A stretch of DNA of 35,099 nucleotides from an uncultured Methanosarcinales archaeon. GTDB lineage: Archaea > Nanobdellota > Nanobdellia > Woesearchaeales > JACPBV01. A program made the translations under genes and the position numbers. Shown piece by piece: positions 9,429 to 17,252 of this stretch. Position 1 is the first letter of the stretch; each line of letters starts with the position of its first letter. Below the pieces are notes generated by a model, which was given only the letters and a program-made list of their open reading frames with translations, was not told the DNA's origin and did not search any database. The DNA lies in NCBI GenBank assembly GCA_964492935.1, contig CAZBLF010000010.1:1-35099 (forward strand). Direction: 5' to 3'.

Positions 9429-10182
9429 TCTTGATCCGATTCTGCTTTCTTTTGGTTTTTTAGAGGTTCGATGGTATGGACTGATCTTTGCACTTGGTTT
9501 TATACTGATATATTATCTCCTTCCCTATCTAGCACAAAAGCGCGATATTGATTTTTCAAAAGAGGATGCTTCAGATTTCCTCCTCTACCTCATCCTTGGT
9601 GTAGTGCTTGGTGCGAGACTGTTTTACATCATCTTTTACAATCTTGGATACTTTATCCTAAATCCTTTAGACATTTTTGCAGTCTGGCAGGGCGGCTTAA
9701 GCTTTCATGGTGGCTTAGCCGGAGCCATGCTAGCCACATTTCTGTTTTGTAAAAAGAAAAAGATGCACTTCTATGATTTAGCAGATATCATCGTCATTCC
9801 TGCAGCTGCCGGTCTCATATTAGGACGCATCGCCAATTTCATCAATGGGGAGCTTGTAGGGAGAATAACCTCGATTCCCTGGTGTGTAAATTTTCCAGGG
9901 TACGAAGGATGCAGACACCCTTCTCAACTCTATGAAAGCGCAAAAAACGCAGTAATTTTCTTCATCCTTTGGCATCTAAAAGAAAAGAAACTAAGAAGAG
10001 GTATTCTCTTCTGGAGCTTTGTGGTGATGTATTCCACGTTAAGATTCTTCATCGGGTTTTTGAGAGCTCCTGACCCCCAGCTTGGATTACTAGCTTTAGG
10101 ACTAACCATGGGCCAATGGTTGAATATCGCGATGTTCGCTATTGGACTTGTTTACATCAGAAAGATTAATTCAACATCTTAG
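9415..10182 (+). CDS. lgt: Prolipoprotein diacylglyceryl transferase (bacterial type)
   Basis: VRWYGL, GARLFY, GGLSFHGG, GRIANFINGELVGR, HPSQLYE. Confidence 0.95.
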   Translation: MFTHNLDPILLSFGFLEVRWYGLIFALGFILIYYLLPYLAQKRDIDFSKEDASDFLLYLILGVVLGARLFYIIFYNLGYFILNPLDIFAVWQGGLSFHGGLAGAMLATFLFCKKKKMHFYDLADIIVIPAAAGLILGRIANFINGELVGRITSIPWCVNFPGYEGCRHPSQLYESAKNAVIFFILWHLKEKKLRRGILFWSFVVMYSTLRFFIGFLRAPDPQLGLLALGLTMGQWLNIAMFAIGLVYIRKINSTS

Positions 10183-11140
10183 TATAAGCTGGCATCCATG
10201 ACTCATAGATCATAATCAAATGCTCATAATTCCTGATGACATGAGGAAACTGTTTCCGTAGATCATTTACAATCGCATTAAAGTGCTGATAGCTTTCGAC
10301 AGCAAATTCAAACTCAACCTCCCAGGGAGCCAATGAACGAATATAATAAAGCGAGTGAGGATGCGTTCTCATCCATTCAAACAGTGCATTTTCATCTTTC
10401 TCTGACAACGTACGAAAATAAATAATTAACTTATAAAATTCTAGATTGAGTTTGTTGAAGTCTATTTGCGTCCGGTAAGCCAATATAATCTCCTTTTCCT
10501 CAAGTTTCTTAATTTTCCCCCTCACAATATCAATCGTAGTATCAACTTCCCTAGCCAATGCTGCAAGCGGGATTCTTGCATTATTCGCCAAAATATTGAG
10601 AATCTTTTTGTCTGTTTCGTCAACTTCATTATTCTCTGTATTTCCACCAACCGTAATATAAGTTCCTTCCCCCTCATTCATAAAGAATTTCTTATTAAAC
10701 TGCCTCGTATCTACCATCGTCCCAAGAACTTTGTTTATAATCAGATGCTGCCATTTGGAAAGCAAGTGATTTATTTTAGCAAAGTATCCAGTCGTGCTGC
10801 GAGAAAGAATAGCAAAAACACAATCAAAAACACCATCTGATATCCCCATCCAGTAAATATCCGGATTTTTCTTAAGCTCCTCAAAAAATTTCTCCCTTTC
10901 ATCTGGAATGTTCTCTAATTTAAGGTAAACTTTAAACATCTGATATCCCAACTTATTAAGATTGATAGAGGTGATAAATCCAGTCAAGATTCCACGTTCT
11001 TGTAACTGGTGAATGCGATACTTTACAGCTTCTCTTGATTTGTTAACCTTTTTTGCTAGCTGGATATTAGAGATTCTACAGTTCTTATCAAGTTCCGACA
11101 GCAGTTTCCTATCTGTTTTGTCCAGTTTAATTTTCTCCAT
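10166..11140 (-). CDS. Tandem two-unit Lrp/AsnC-family transcriptional regulator
   Basis: Two HTH units (LDKTDRKLLSELDKNCR; VDETDKKILNILANNAR), each followed by a RAM-like domain. Confidence 0.9.
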   Translation of the reverse strand: MEKIKLDKTDRKLLSELDKNCRISNIQLAKKVNKSREAVKYRIHQLQERGILTGFITSINLNKLGYQMFKVYLKLENIPDEREKFFEELKKNPDIYWMGISDGVFDCVFAILSRSTTGYFAKINHLLSKWQHLIINKVLGTMVDTRQFNKKFFMNEGEGTYITVGGNTENNEVDETDKKILNILANNARIPLAALAREVDTTIDIVRGKIKKLEEKEIILAYRTQIDFNKLNLEFYKLIIYFRTLSEKDENALFEWMRTHPHSLYYIRSLAPWEVEFEFAVESYQHFNAIVNDLRKQFPHVIRNYEHLIMIYESWMPAYTKMLN

Positions 11141-11237
11141 ATACTCAACCGAAACAGTCTTTTATATATAAATATTTCCATAAAACGGTCAATTTTAGCC
11201 AAATAACTTAATATATTTGCTATGGCTTAGTAGTACC

Positions 11238-11996
11238 ATGGCAAGTATTGATGACATTGTAGAAGATAAACAAGAAGTAGCTAATGATATCGATAGCTCC
11301 GCTAACACAAATAATCTAGAAGCAAAGGTAGAATCTGGCAGCATGCTAGGCCTAGCAGCAAAATCTCTTTTTGCAGGAGGATTAGTTGCAGCAACATATC
11401 CTATTGTAGGAGTATCCAGTCTTCTTACCTTCTTTGGGAACATGGCAGGATATATCATCGAAAAAAAGAAAGCCAAAGAAGAAATCAATAGCCATGAGCT
11501 TGTAAAAGAAGCTGGGACGGGAGCAGTCTTAGGTACCGTCGGTCACGGACTATATTCATTGATCGACATTATTCCAAATTATGATTGGACAATGAAGGTG
11601 GTGAAAACACTTGCATTTAATCCTCTGATGTTGGCACCGTATACTGCCTTCTATCAAACATTCACCTACTTACGAGACAAAGTAGGACTATGGAAAAGCG
11701 CAGCAGGAATGTTCAATCTTAAAATCGTTGATTACTTGAAGGAAGCCTACCAAAATGAGGTAAAGCCCAACTTCTTCAACGCTATGAAGAAGGTCATGAT
11801 GCTTTCACCTATCCATTTTGCGAGCATCAATTATGTGACCGATATCTGGAAGCGTGTAGGTATCGGAGTAGGAAATGATATAGCATTCAGGCTGTTCAAT
11901 AAGAAGGAAAAAGAAACCCAGATTGATCAGTTTCCAGCTCCGGCATACTCTCAAGCAGACCCTTATCGACGACAGGAGCAACCATTAGCTGCATAA
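11238..11996 (+). CDS. Membrane protein, possibly Mpv17/PMP22-like in the C-terminal half
   Basis: Several hydrophobic helices; LAFNPLMLAPYTAFY and SPIHFASINYV...KRV resemble the Mpv17/PMP22 pattern; divergent from the Lrp gene. Confidence 0.6.
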   Translation: MASIDDIVEDKQEVANDIDSSANTNNLEAKVESGSMLGLAAKSLFAGGLVAATYPIVGVSSLLTFFGNMAGYIIEKKKAKEEINSHELVKEAGTGAVLGTVGHGLYSLIDIIPNYDWTMKVVKTLAFNPLMLAPYTAFYQTFTYLRDKVGLWKSAAGMFNLKIVDYLKEAYQNEVKPNFFNAMKKVMMLSPIHFASINYVTDIWKRVGIGVGNDIAFRLFNKKEKETQIDQFPAPAYSQADPYRRQEQPLAA

Positions 11997-12039
11997 TGTT
12001 AATATACTAATTACTATACTAGTGTGCATAATAGAAACA

Positions 12040-12070
12040 TTTATATACTAGCTAGATAATTATAATTATC
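12040..12070 (+). promoter_or_regulatory. TATA box plus perfect 16-bp palindromic operator
   Basis: TTTATATA 12040-12047; gataattataattatc 12055-12070. Confidence 0.65.
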
Positions 12071-12072
12071 AA

Positions 12073-12495
12073 ATGGTCATATTGTTTGACCGGTTTAATT
12101 TACCGGATGACATATATGAAGTAGTATTTGCTACGAAACAACAGGTTATAGTAGCGAAGCTGCTCGTCGATATGATCAAAGAAAAAGGAGGCGAGATAAC
12201 CAAGACAGAAATGAGTTTGTTTGCAACATTCCTTCATGACGGCGAAATTGTCACAGAAAATCTTCAAGAGGAGCCCTACAAAGGCAAAAAAGTGAAGATT
12301 AGCTACAACAAACGACAATTTTACGACAGAATCTTAACGCCCATGAAGAGTATGGGGATCATCGATTACGATCTGTACAAAAAAACGTACAGCCTCAGCG
12401 ACAAATTAAACAAAGAACTCATTCGCATTGGACTGATGTGGCTCCAGGAACAAAGAAGAGAGCCCTACAAACTCATAAAAAAATTACCTTCATAA
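12073..12495 (+). CDS. Hypothetical protein, probable winged-helix DNA-binding fold
   Basis: 140 aa; helix KRQFYDRILTPMKSMGII followed by a wing-like hairpin YDLYKKTYSLS. Confidence 0.65.
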   Translation: MVILFDRFNLPDDIYEVVFATKQQVIVAKLLVDMIKEKGGEITKTEMSLFATFLHDGEIVTENLQEEPYKGKKVKISYNKRQFYDRILTPMKSMGIIDYDLYKKTYSLSDKLNKELIRIGLMWLQEQRREPYKLIKKLPS

Positions 12496-12550
12496 GCTCC
12501 GGGTGTGTTCTTTTTCTACCACCCCCCACGAAAAACAAATACTCGGAGCT
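12495..12550 (+). terminator. Long stem-loop between convergent genes
   Basis: agctccgggtgt/atactcggagct (12 bp, 2 G-U) plus inner tttttc/gaaaaa; C-rich loop. Confidence 0.5.
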
Positions 12551-12670
12551 GCTACTTACAGGGAAAAAGAGGTGTACAGGCTATCGAATTTGGGTCTGTC
12601 TCCATTTTTCTTTCTTTAGATTTCTAGAAGAATTTGTTGTTGTGCTTAAAATGAGTTAAGAGAAAACGTT

Positions 12671-12928
12671 TTATTCTGCTGCAATGGGTGTTTCTTCAAC
12701 TTTTTTTGCTGGTTTGGTTGTTGGTACAATCTGAAATCTTTTGTTTTTCTTTACTTTTTTCAGTTCAAAAGTGCCTACTTTATTGGCTTCTGCGTACTTA
12801 TTTGCAGCTTCTTCGGTACCGAAGGTTCTAACACGCTTAGCTCGGACAACGCCTCGCAGTGTTTTTTCGTGATTTTTATGGGCTGCTAGCTTGTATTCTC
12901 TCTTTTTGTTACCGTGAATTTTTGGCAT
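12671..12928 (-). CDS. Small basic hypothetical protein coupled to eS17
   Basis: 85 aa, K/R-rich; TAATG overlap with the eS17 stop. Confidence 0.8.
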   Translation of the reverse strand: MPKIHGNKKREYKLAAHKNHEKTLRGVVRAKRVRTFGTEEAANKYAEANKVGTFELKKVKKNKRFQIVPTTKPAKKVEETPIAAE

Positions 12929-13197
12929 TATCTGCGATCTCCGTATTTTCGTTCACCGAATGCTTTCTTGCGAACGGGTTTTTTAGGCGGGGTGTTGGGT
13001 TTGTTGACTTTGTCGCCACGATTCATTAATCTTGTCAGATAACCGGCAATTTTATTTCTGATCGGTTTAGAGAGATTGGTTGCAACTGAGTCGACTACTT
13101 TCTTGTTTTCGTCGAAATCTTTCTTTAGTTGCTCTTTATGGGCACCAAAGATTTTCTGAGTTGCTCTTTTAACTGGAGTTGTTTTTATTCGTCCCAT
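12928..13197 (-). CDS. rps17e: 30S ribosomal protein eS17
   Basis: MGRIKT, DFDENKKVV, SKPIRNKIAGYLTR; true start ATG 13197. Confidence 0.95.
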   Translation of the reverse strand: MGRIKTTPVKRATQKIFGAHKEQLKKDFDENKKVVDSVATNLSKPIRNKIAGYLTRLMNRGDKVNKPNTPPKKPVRKKAFGERKYGDRR

Positions 13198-13240
13198 CTT
13201 TATCTCTTGGATTCGACATTGCTTTTTAAAGATTGCCTTT

Positions 13241-13750
13241 CTAGGCGGTAGAAGTTGCAATCCACTTTTTTGGCGCGGTAAGTTTGTGGAATAAGAAGGG
13301 TGCGATGAAGGCTGATGTATAGATCGCGGTGATGATGATGGGTGAATGAATTTCATTTGGAAGGGTAAGTGTGGTGGTTACAAAATTTGCGAATTCTACC
13401 ATGAAATAGCTGTTGATGAGGGCGATTGCGGGGAGAAAGAGGCCTGCTATGACTCCTCCACGAGCTTTTTCGTCTAGGCCGCGAATGATGGTCGCGAATA
13501 AGTATCCGAACATAACTGCAATAAGGGCTATGGTGATGTAGAGAGGGATGGTTTTGAATGCTAATAGAAAGGGGACAAGCATGATTGCAATGATCATATT
13601 GCCGATGATTGCGACGATTAGTAGCACATAATTCATCCATGCGTCTGCTTCTTTGAAGATAGACTTATTTTTCCCTTGTTCTAGAATTTTTACTGTTTTG
13701 CGTGCTTCGTCTTTGGTGAATCCACGTGTTAGGAGTGTTTCATAGTTCAT
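13241..13750 (-). CDS. Four-TM membrane protein, unknown function
   Basis: Four hydrophobic helices; ATG 13750 directly follows the upstream stop. Confidence 0.75.
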   Translation of the reverse strand: MNYETLLTRGFTKDEARKTVKILEQGKNKSIFKEADAWMNYVLLIVAIIGNMIIAIMLVPFLLAFKTIPLYITIALIAVMFGYLFATIIRGLDEKARGGVIAGLFLPAIALINSYFMVEFANFVTTTLTLPNEIHSPIIITAIYTSAFIAPFLFHKLTAPKKWIATSTA

Positions 13751-13751
13751 A

Positions 13752-14213
13752 TTATTCTTCTTCTGCAATGAGCTTTTTAACCTTTTTCATAAATACAAGT
13801 GCCATTTGGTACCATTCGCCAAGAATATCGATATTAATTTCCTCTTTTTCTTCCCCACTTTCTACAATCATGGTGACGTGTCGACGGTATTCCTCTCTTT
13901 TTGCATGGGGGAGGCGTATCATCTTTCTCATGTACATATAGAGATCGGTATATTCATCTAGGCCGAGTTCTTCGTATAGAGGATCTTTTTGCAATGCTTG
14001 GGCGCGACCGATAGGAGTTCCTGGAATTTCGTCAATTTTCTTATTTTCCTTTGCGTATTTAAGGATGCAGTTGAAACCGTGATCGTACATGAGAATGAAT
14101 CTATCCATTAGCGATCTGATTACATCTACCGTTCTTGTGTACTTTAGGCTAACATAATAGAGGTGTTCTGATCGTTTGAGCTCTTCTAATGCGTCTTCGT
14201 ATGATTCTTCCAT
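13752..14213 (-). CDS. Hypothetical helical protein
   Basis: 153-aa ORF with natural composition; TTTAAA promoter candidate near 14296-14301. Confidence 0.75.
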   Translation of the reverse strand: MEESYEDALEELKRSEHLYYVSLKYTRTVDVIRSLMDRFILMYDHGFNCILKYAKENKKIDEIPGTPIGRAQALQKDPLYEELGLDEYTDLYMYMRKMIRLPHAKREEYRRHVTMIVESGEEKEEINIDILGEWYQMALVFMKKVKKLIAEEE

Positions 14214-14304
14214 TCTTGTCAGTATATTGATTTTTTTTGTATAGGTTGGTTACTATGGCATTTGTGGTGGTGTTGGAATCTCTATGGAGTCCAAGTTTAA
14301 ATAC

Positions 14305-14363
14305 TTTATTGAAAATCTCGCTAGAGATTTTTAATCTCTCATACCAATATTCATTGGCATGAG
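14305..14363. repeat. Double-hairpin intergenic repeat, copy 2
   Basis: Matches 1515-1566; differences fall mainly in loops or are compensatory. Confidence 0.85.
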
Positions 14364-14714
14364 CTATTCTTCTTTGTTCTCAGAAAGTTCTAAAATTGCA
14401 GCTGCGAGATCGCCATGGTGCTTTTCTATGGTTTCTTGTGCTAATTCTTTAGTTGCTCCTGTTTGCTCGGTTACTGTGGAAATATCATCTTCATTGATTT
14501 CTGGTTCTTCTGATATTGCTTGTTCTTCTAGTTCTCCTGCGATTTGGAATGTTTCTTGTCCCATCATGTTTACTTTCTGTACTGAGGGGTTGTTGATGAT
14601 GAGATCTTTATCTGCGGTTTTAATGATGACTTGGGTTGCTTCAATATCTACCTGCTTAATACCCATCTTTTTCATCATTTGGGCAGCCTTTCTTGGGTTC
14701 ATTCCAGGTATCAT
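14364..14714 (-). CDS. nac: Nascent polypeptide-associated complex protein
   Basis: MNPRK..QMMKKMGI, NPSVQKVNMMGQETFQI, UBA-like GDLAAAILEL. Confidence 0.95.
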   Translation of the reverse strand: MIPGMNPRKAAQMMKKMGIKQVDIEATQVIIKTADKDLIINNPSVQKVNMMGQETFQIAGELEEQAISEEPEINEDDISTVTEQTGATKELAQETIEKHHGDLAAAILELSENKEE

Positions 14715-14716
14715 TG

Positions 14717-14890
14717 TTAAATCCCCAACATCTGATTTCCAAAAGAATAGAGAAGAATCATAATGACCATGACTACTAGACAGAGTACGATGATGTGGCC
14801 GGGTTTGAACTCGATTCTTGATTTGTATTCGTCAAAATACCGTACTAAACCACCCATTCCTGAGGGCATTGAGATCTTATCGTTTGCCAT
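14717..14890 (-). CDS. secG: Preprotein translocase subunit Sec61-beta (57 aa, absent from the ORF track)
   Basis: Manual translation MANDKISMPSGMGGLVRYFDEYKSRIEFKPGHIIVLCLVVMVIMILLYSFGNQMLGI. Confidence 0.93.
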   Translation of the reverse strand: MANDKISMPSGMGGLVRYFDEYKSRIEFKPGHIIVLCLVVMVIMILLYSFGNQMLGI

Positions 14891-14929
14891 GAGAAGTTAG
14901 AATAGTTGCTGTTTTAAATAGGTTTTGTT

Positions 14930-16774
14930 TTAGCGCGCGTAGATGACTAGTGATGTGTAGGGAATTAGCTTTTGTAGTTCTTCGTTCGGTTTGACCAGTT
15001 TTTCTTTTGCATTTACATGTCCTTCACCCACTACAATAATCGCTCTTCTGCTTTTCAATTTTTTCATGTATTTCTCTATGTTTTTGGTCATAGCTTTATT
15101 TCTCTCTGGCCCCCAAACACGAAAAATTCTAGCCTCGAATTCATCAAATTCTTTTCTTGTTTGCAGCATTAGTTTTTCAATTCCTGGATCGGTATTGCGA
15201 TGAATCTGCCGTACCGCTTTAGCTGCTCTTCGTGGATCCAATCCTTTCTTAATCAGTTTAGCAAGCGTCCTGCCTTCTTCTTCCTTTTTGCTTTCATAGA
15301 ATCCTGAGTTGATATCCTTTTTTAGCATTTTACAACGGTTTCCTTGTTTTTTGTGAAACTCTGCATGATTTTGGTTAAAGATTTTGCTATTGGTGGTTCG
15401 CCACGCGTTCCCTTTGGCAGCCACCAAGATATATGGACAGAAGAATGGCATTTTTAGATCTTTATTCTGATCAAGCAGGAAGGTGGTGTAGCGATTTACT
15501 TCCTTGAGGAAACGTGCAGGTAGATCGTGAGGCATATATACTTGTTTGCGCAAACTGAGAAAGGTATCCAAAAGCGCATGATGTGCCAGAATTACATAAT
15601 TTTCGAATATCAACTTTTCATCTTCGACTCCGAAGGTAGCAATTTTTTTGGACTGGCGTAGATAGGGGAAAATGGGGTACGCCTCAATTTGTCCTACTAC
15701 CGTACCTTCTCCGTGATCGATGTCTCCTATTTTTCCAACCTGGATTTTTCCAGTCCCGATTCTTCTTTTCAGTTCATTACGAAAATCGCTTAGCAAATCT
15801 TTGCGAGGGGGGCCGTAGTATGGTTCAAATCCAAGTGAATCTACTTTGAGTACCGGAATGGCTTGCTCCAATAATTTTGCGATGTTTTCATGGACACGTT
15901 CATAATGTCTTTCTCCTATAATGATGACTTCTTGATCAGTGTTCTTGTTTGTAAATGGACCCAGACCCATATGTTTGTTATAGATTAGTCTTGGTATGTG
16001 GCCACGCTTAATCAGCTCTTTAAGGGGTAGGTTTGCTATTCTCGGATGGTCAGATGCTGGCGCGTCAATTTTTAGGCCTTCTTTTATTTTATTGCTTCCC
16101 CATCTCCCCAATAGGGCTGCTCCTACCGATGCCGCAATTCCTTTCATGGCTGTTCTTCTATTGAATGTGTGTAAACTATTGAGGAGATCAAAAAAATCTC
16201 TTTCTATTGTTCGTTCATCCCATAAACTCTCCTTCAAATCATTAAATTCACAAGCGTAAATAGCTTTTCGTTGTTTCTCGAGGAATTCTACAAATTCCTT
16301 TGACTTGCTTCGAACAGATTTCAATATCCGTATTGAGCCGATTCCTTTTGCAACTCCTGGAGCTATTTTTTGCAACTCCTGGTTCAGAGAGGGATTATTT
16401 AGAACTTCTAGTTGACGACCAATGATTTCATCAACCCTCATAATTGAATGATCCGCAAAATCTTTTTTGACGGAATTATCCTTCCGGTGTAATAGTATCA
16501 TAACCCATAGTCCTACTGTTTCCCCTTCCTGCACTTCACGTTCAAAAAAGTGAGTGATATTTTTTTTGAATAGGTCAAATGTTTCTAGTTTGTACTCTGT
16601 TATGTTATCTAGAAATTTAGTATAATTTTTCGCGATAGTACAGTCCCGTAAGGCCCATTTTATTGAATCTAGTTGACTTGAAAATTTCCCTAGCGCACGC
16701 ACTTTTTCCCCAGCTAGTTCTTTCATGGGCTCAAGATGTTTTACAAGGTTCCATGGATTCTTGATTACGTTCAC
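14930..16774 (-). CDS. Membrane-anchored protein with a C-terminal EreA/ChaN/TraB(Tiki)-like metal-binding domain
   Basis: IIIGERH, LGFE, GVED, RNKAM, IVVGEGH; start moved to GTG 16774 (TTTATTAA about 25 nt upstream; longer call overlaps RNase P RNA). Confidence 0.6.
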   Translation of the reverse strand: MNVIKNPWNLVKHLEPMKELAGEKVRALGKFSSQLDSIKWALRDCTIAKNYTKFLDNITEYKLETFDLFKKNITHFFEREVQEGETVGLWVMILLHRKDNSVKKDFADHSIMRVDEIIGRQLEVLNNPSLNQELQKIAPGVAKGIGSIRILKSVRSKSKEFVEFLEKQRKAIYACEFNDLKESLWDERTIERDFFDLLNSLHTFNRRTAMKGIAASVGAALLGRWGSNKIKEGLKIDAPASDHPRIANLPLKELIKRGHIPRLIYNKHMGLGPFTNKNTDQEVIIIGERHYERVHENIAKLLEQAIPVLKVDSLGFEPYYGPPRKDLLSDFRNELKRRIGTGKIQVGKIGDIDHGEGTVVGQIEAYPIFPYLRQSKKIATFGVEDEKLIFENYVILAHHALLDTFLSLRKQVYMPHDLPARFLKEVNRYTTFLLDQNKDLKMPFFCPYILVAAKGNAWRTTNSKIFNQNHAEFHKKQGNRCKMLKKDINSGFYESKKEEEGRTLAKLIKKGLDPRRAAKAVRQIHRNTDPGIEKLMLQTRKEFDEFEARIFRVWGPERNKAMTKNIEKYMKKLKSRRAIIVVGEGHVNAKEKLVKPNEELQKLIPYTSLVIYAR

Positions 16775-16827
16775 GTTTCTGTTATTGAAGTGCAGGTTTA
16801 ATAAACTTTGTAAAGAAAAGAAAAAAA

Positions 16828-17217
16828 GGACCAGCGTAAGCCACCTTCTGTTACCAACCATTTCTAGTCGGCCTTAGCATTGAACTAAGCGGTGTTACAC
16901 CTTGCTCCGGCCAGGTCTCGCCGTTTCATCCATTCTTCCCACAACGTCTTCCGGTTAACTCGGTTCTGTCGCCATTACCTTCACGGATTTCATCCTCGTG
17001 GGAAGGGGTCTCGTTTCGTTGCGGTTGCCGCACATCACTGCACCTCCATCCCGGGAGTGACCATACTTCAATTGTCTTGGAAGCGTTCTGATCGCTTCGC
17101 GCCAGAGAGTTGAAGTGGAGGGTGGACTTTCCTCAGTTCGAACTGCAAAATTGGCTTGACGCCATAAATCCGTAAACGAATTTAACATCGCAGGAACCGT
17201 TAGCTAAGCGCTGATCC
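16828..17217 (-). ncRNA. rnpB: RNase P RNA
   Basis: GAGGAAAGTCCACC and AACAGAAGGTGGCTTA (P4); P1 GGATCAGCG/CGCTGGTCC; P2 CTTAGC/GCTAAG; GGATGAAACGG; GGAGCAAG; followed by poly-T. Confidence 0.97.
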
Positions 17218-17252
17218 TTTAGTGTTCAGTAACTGCTTTTTCTTTAAAAAAG

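Noticed and set aside
13198..13356. 53-aa N-terminal extension of eS17
   Set aside because: Overlaps the upstream gene; the canonical MGRIKT start is at 13197
16775..17188. N-terminal extension of the 643-aa ORF and small ORFs 16892-17113 and 16955-17188
   Set aside because: They overlap the RNase P RNA
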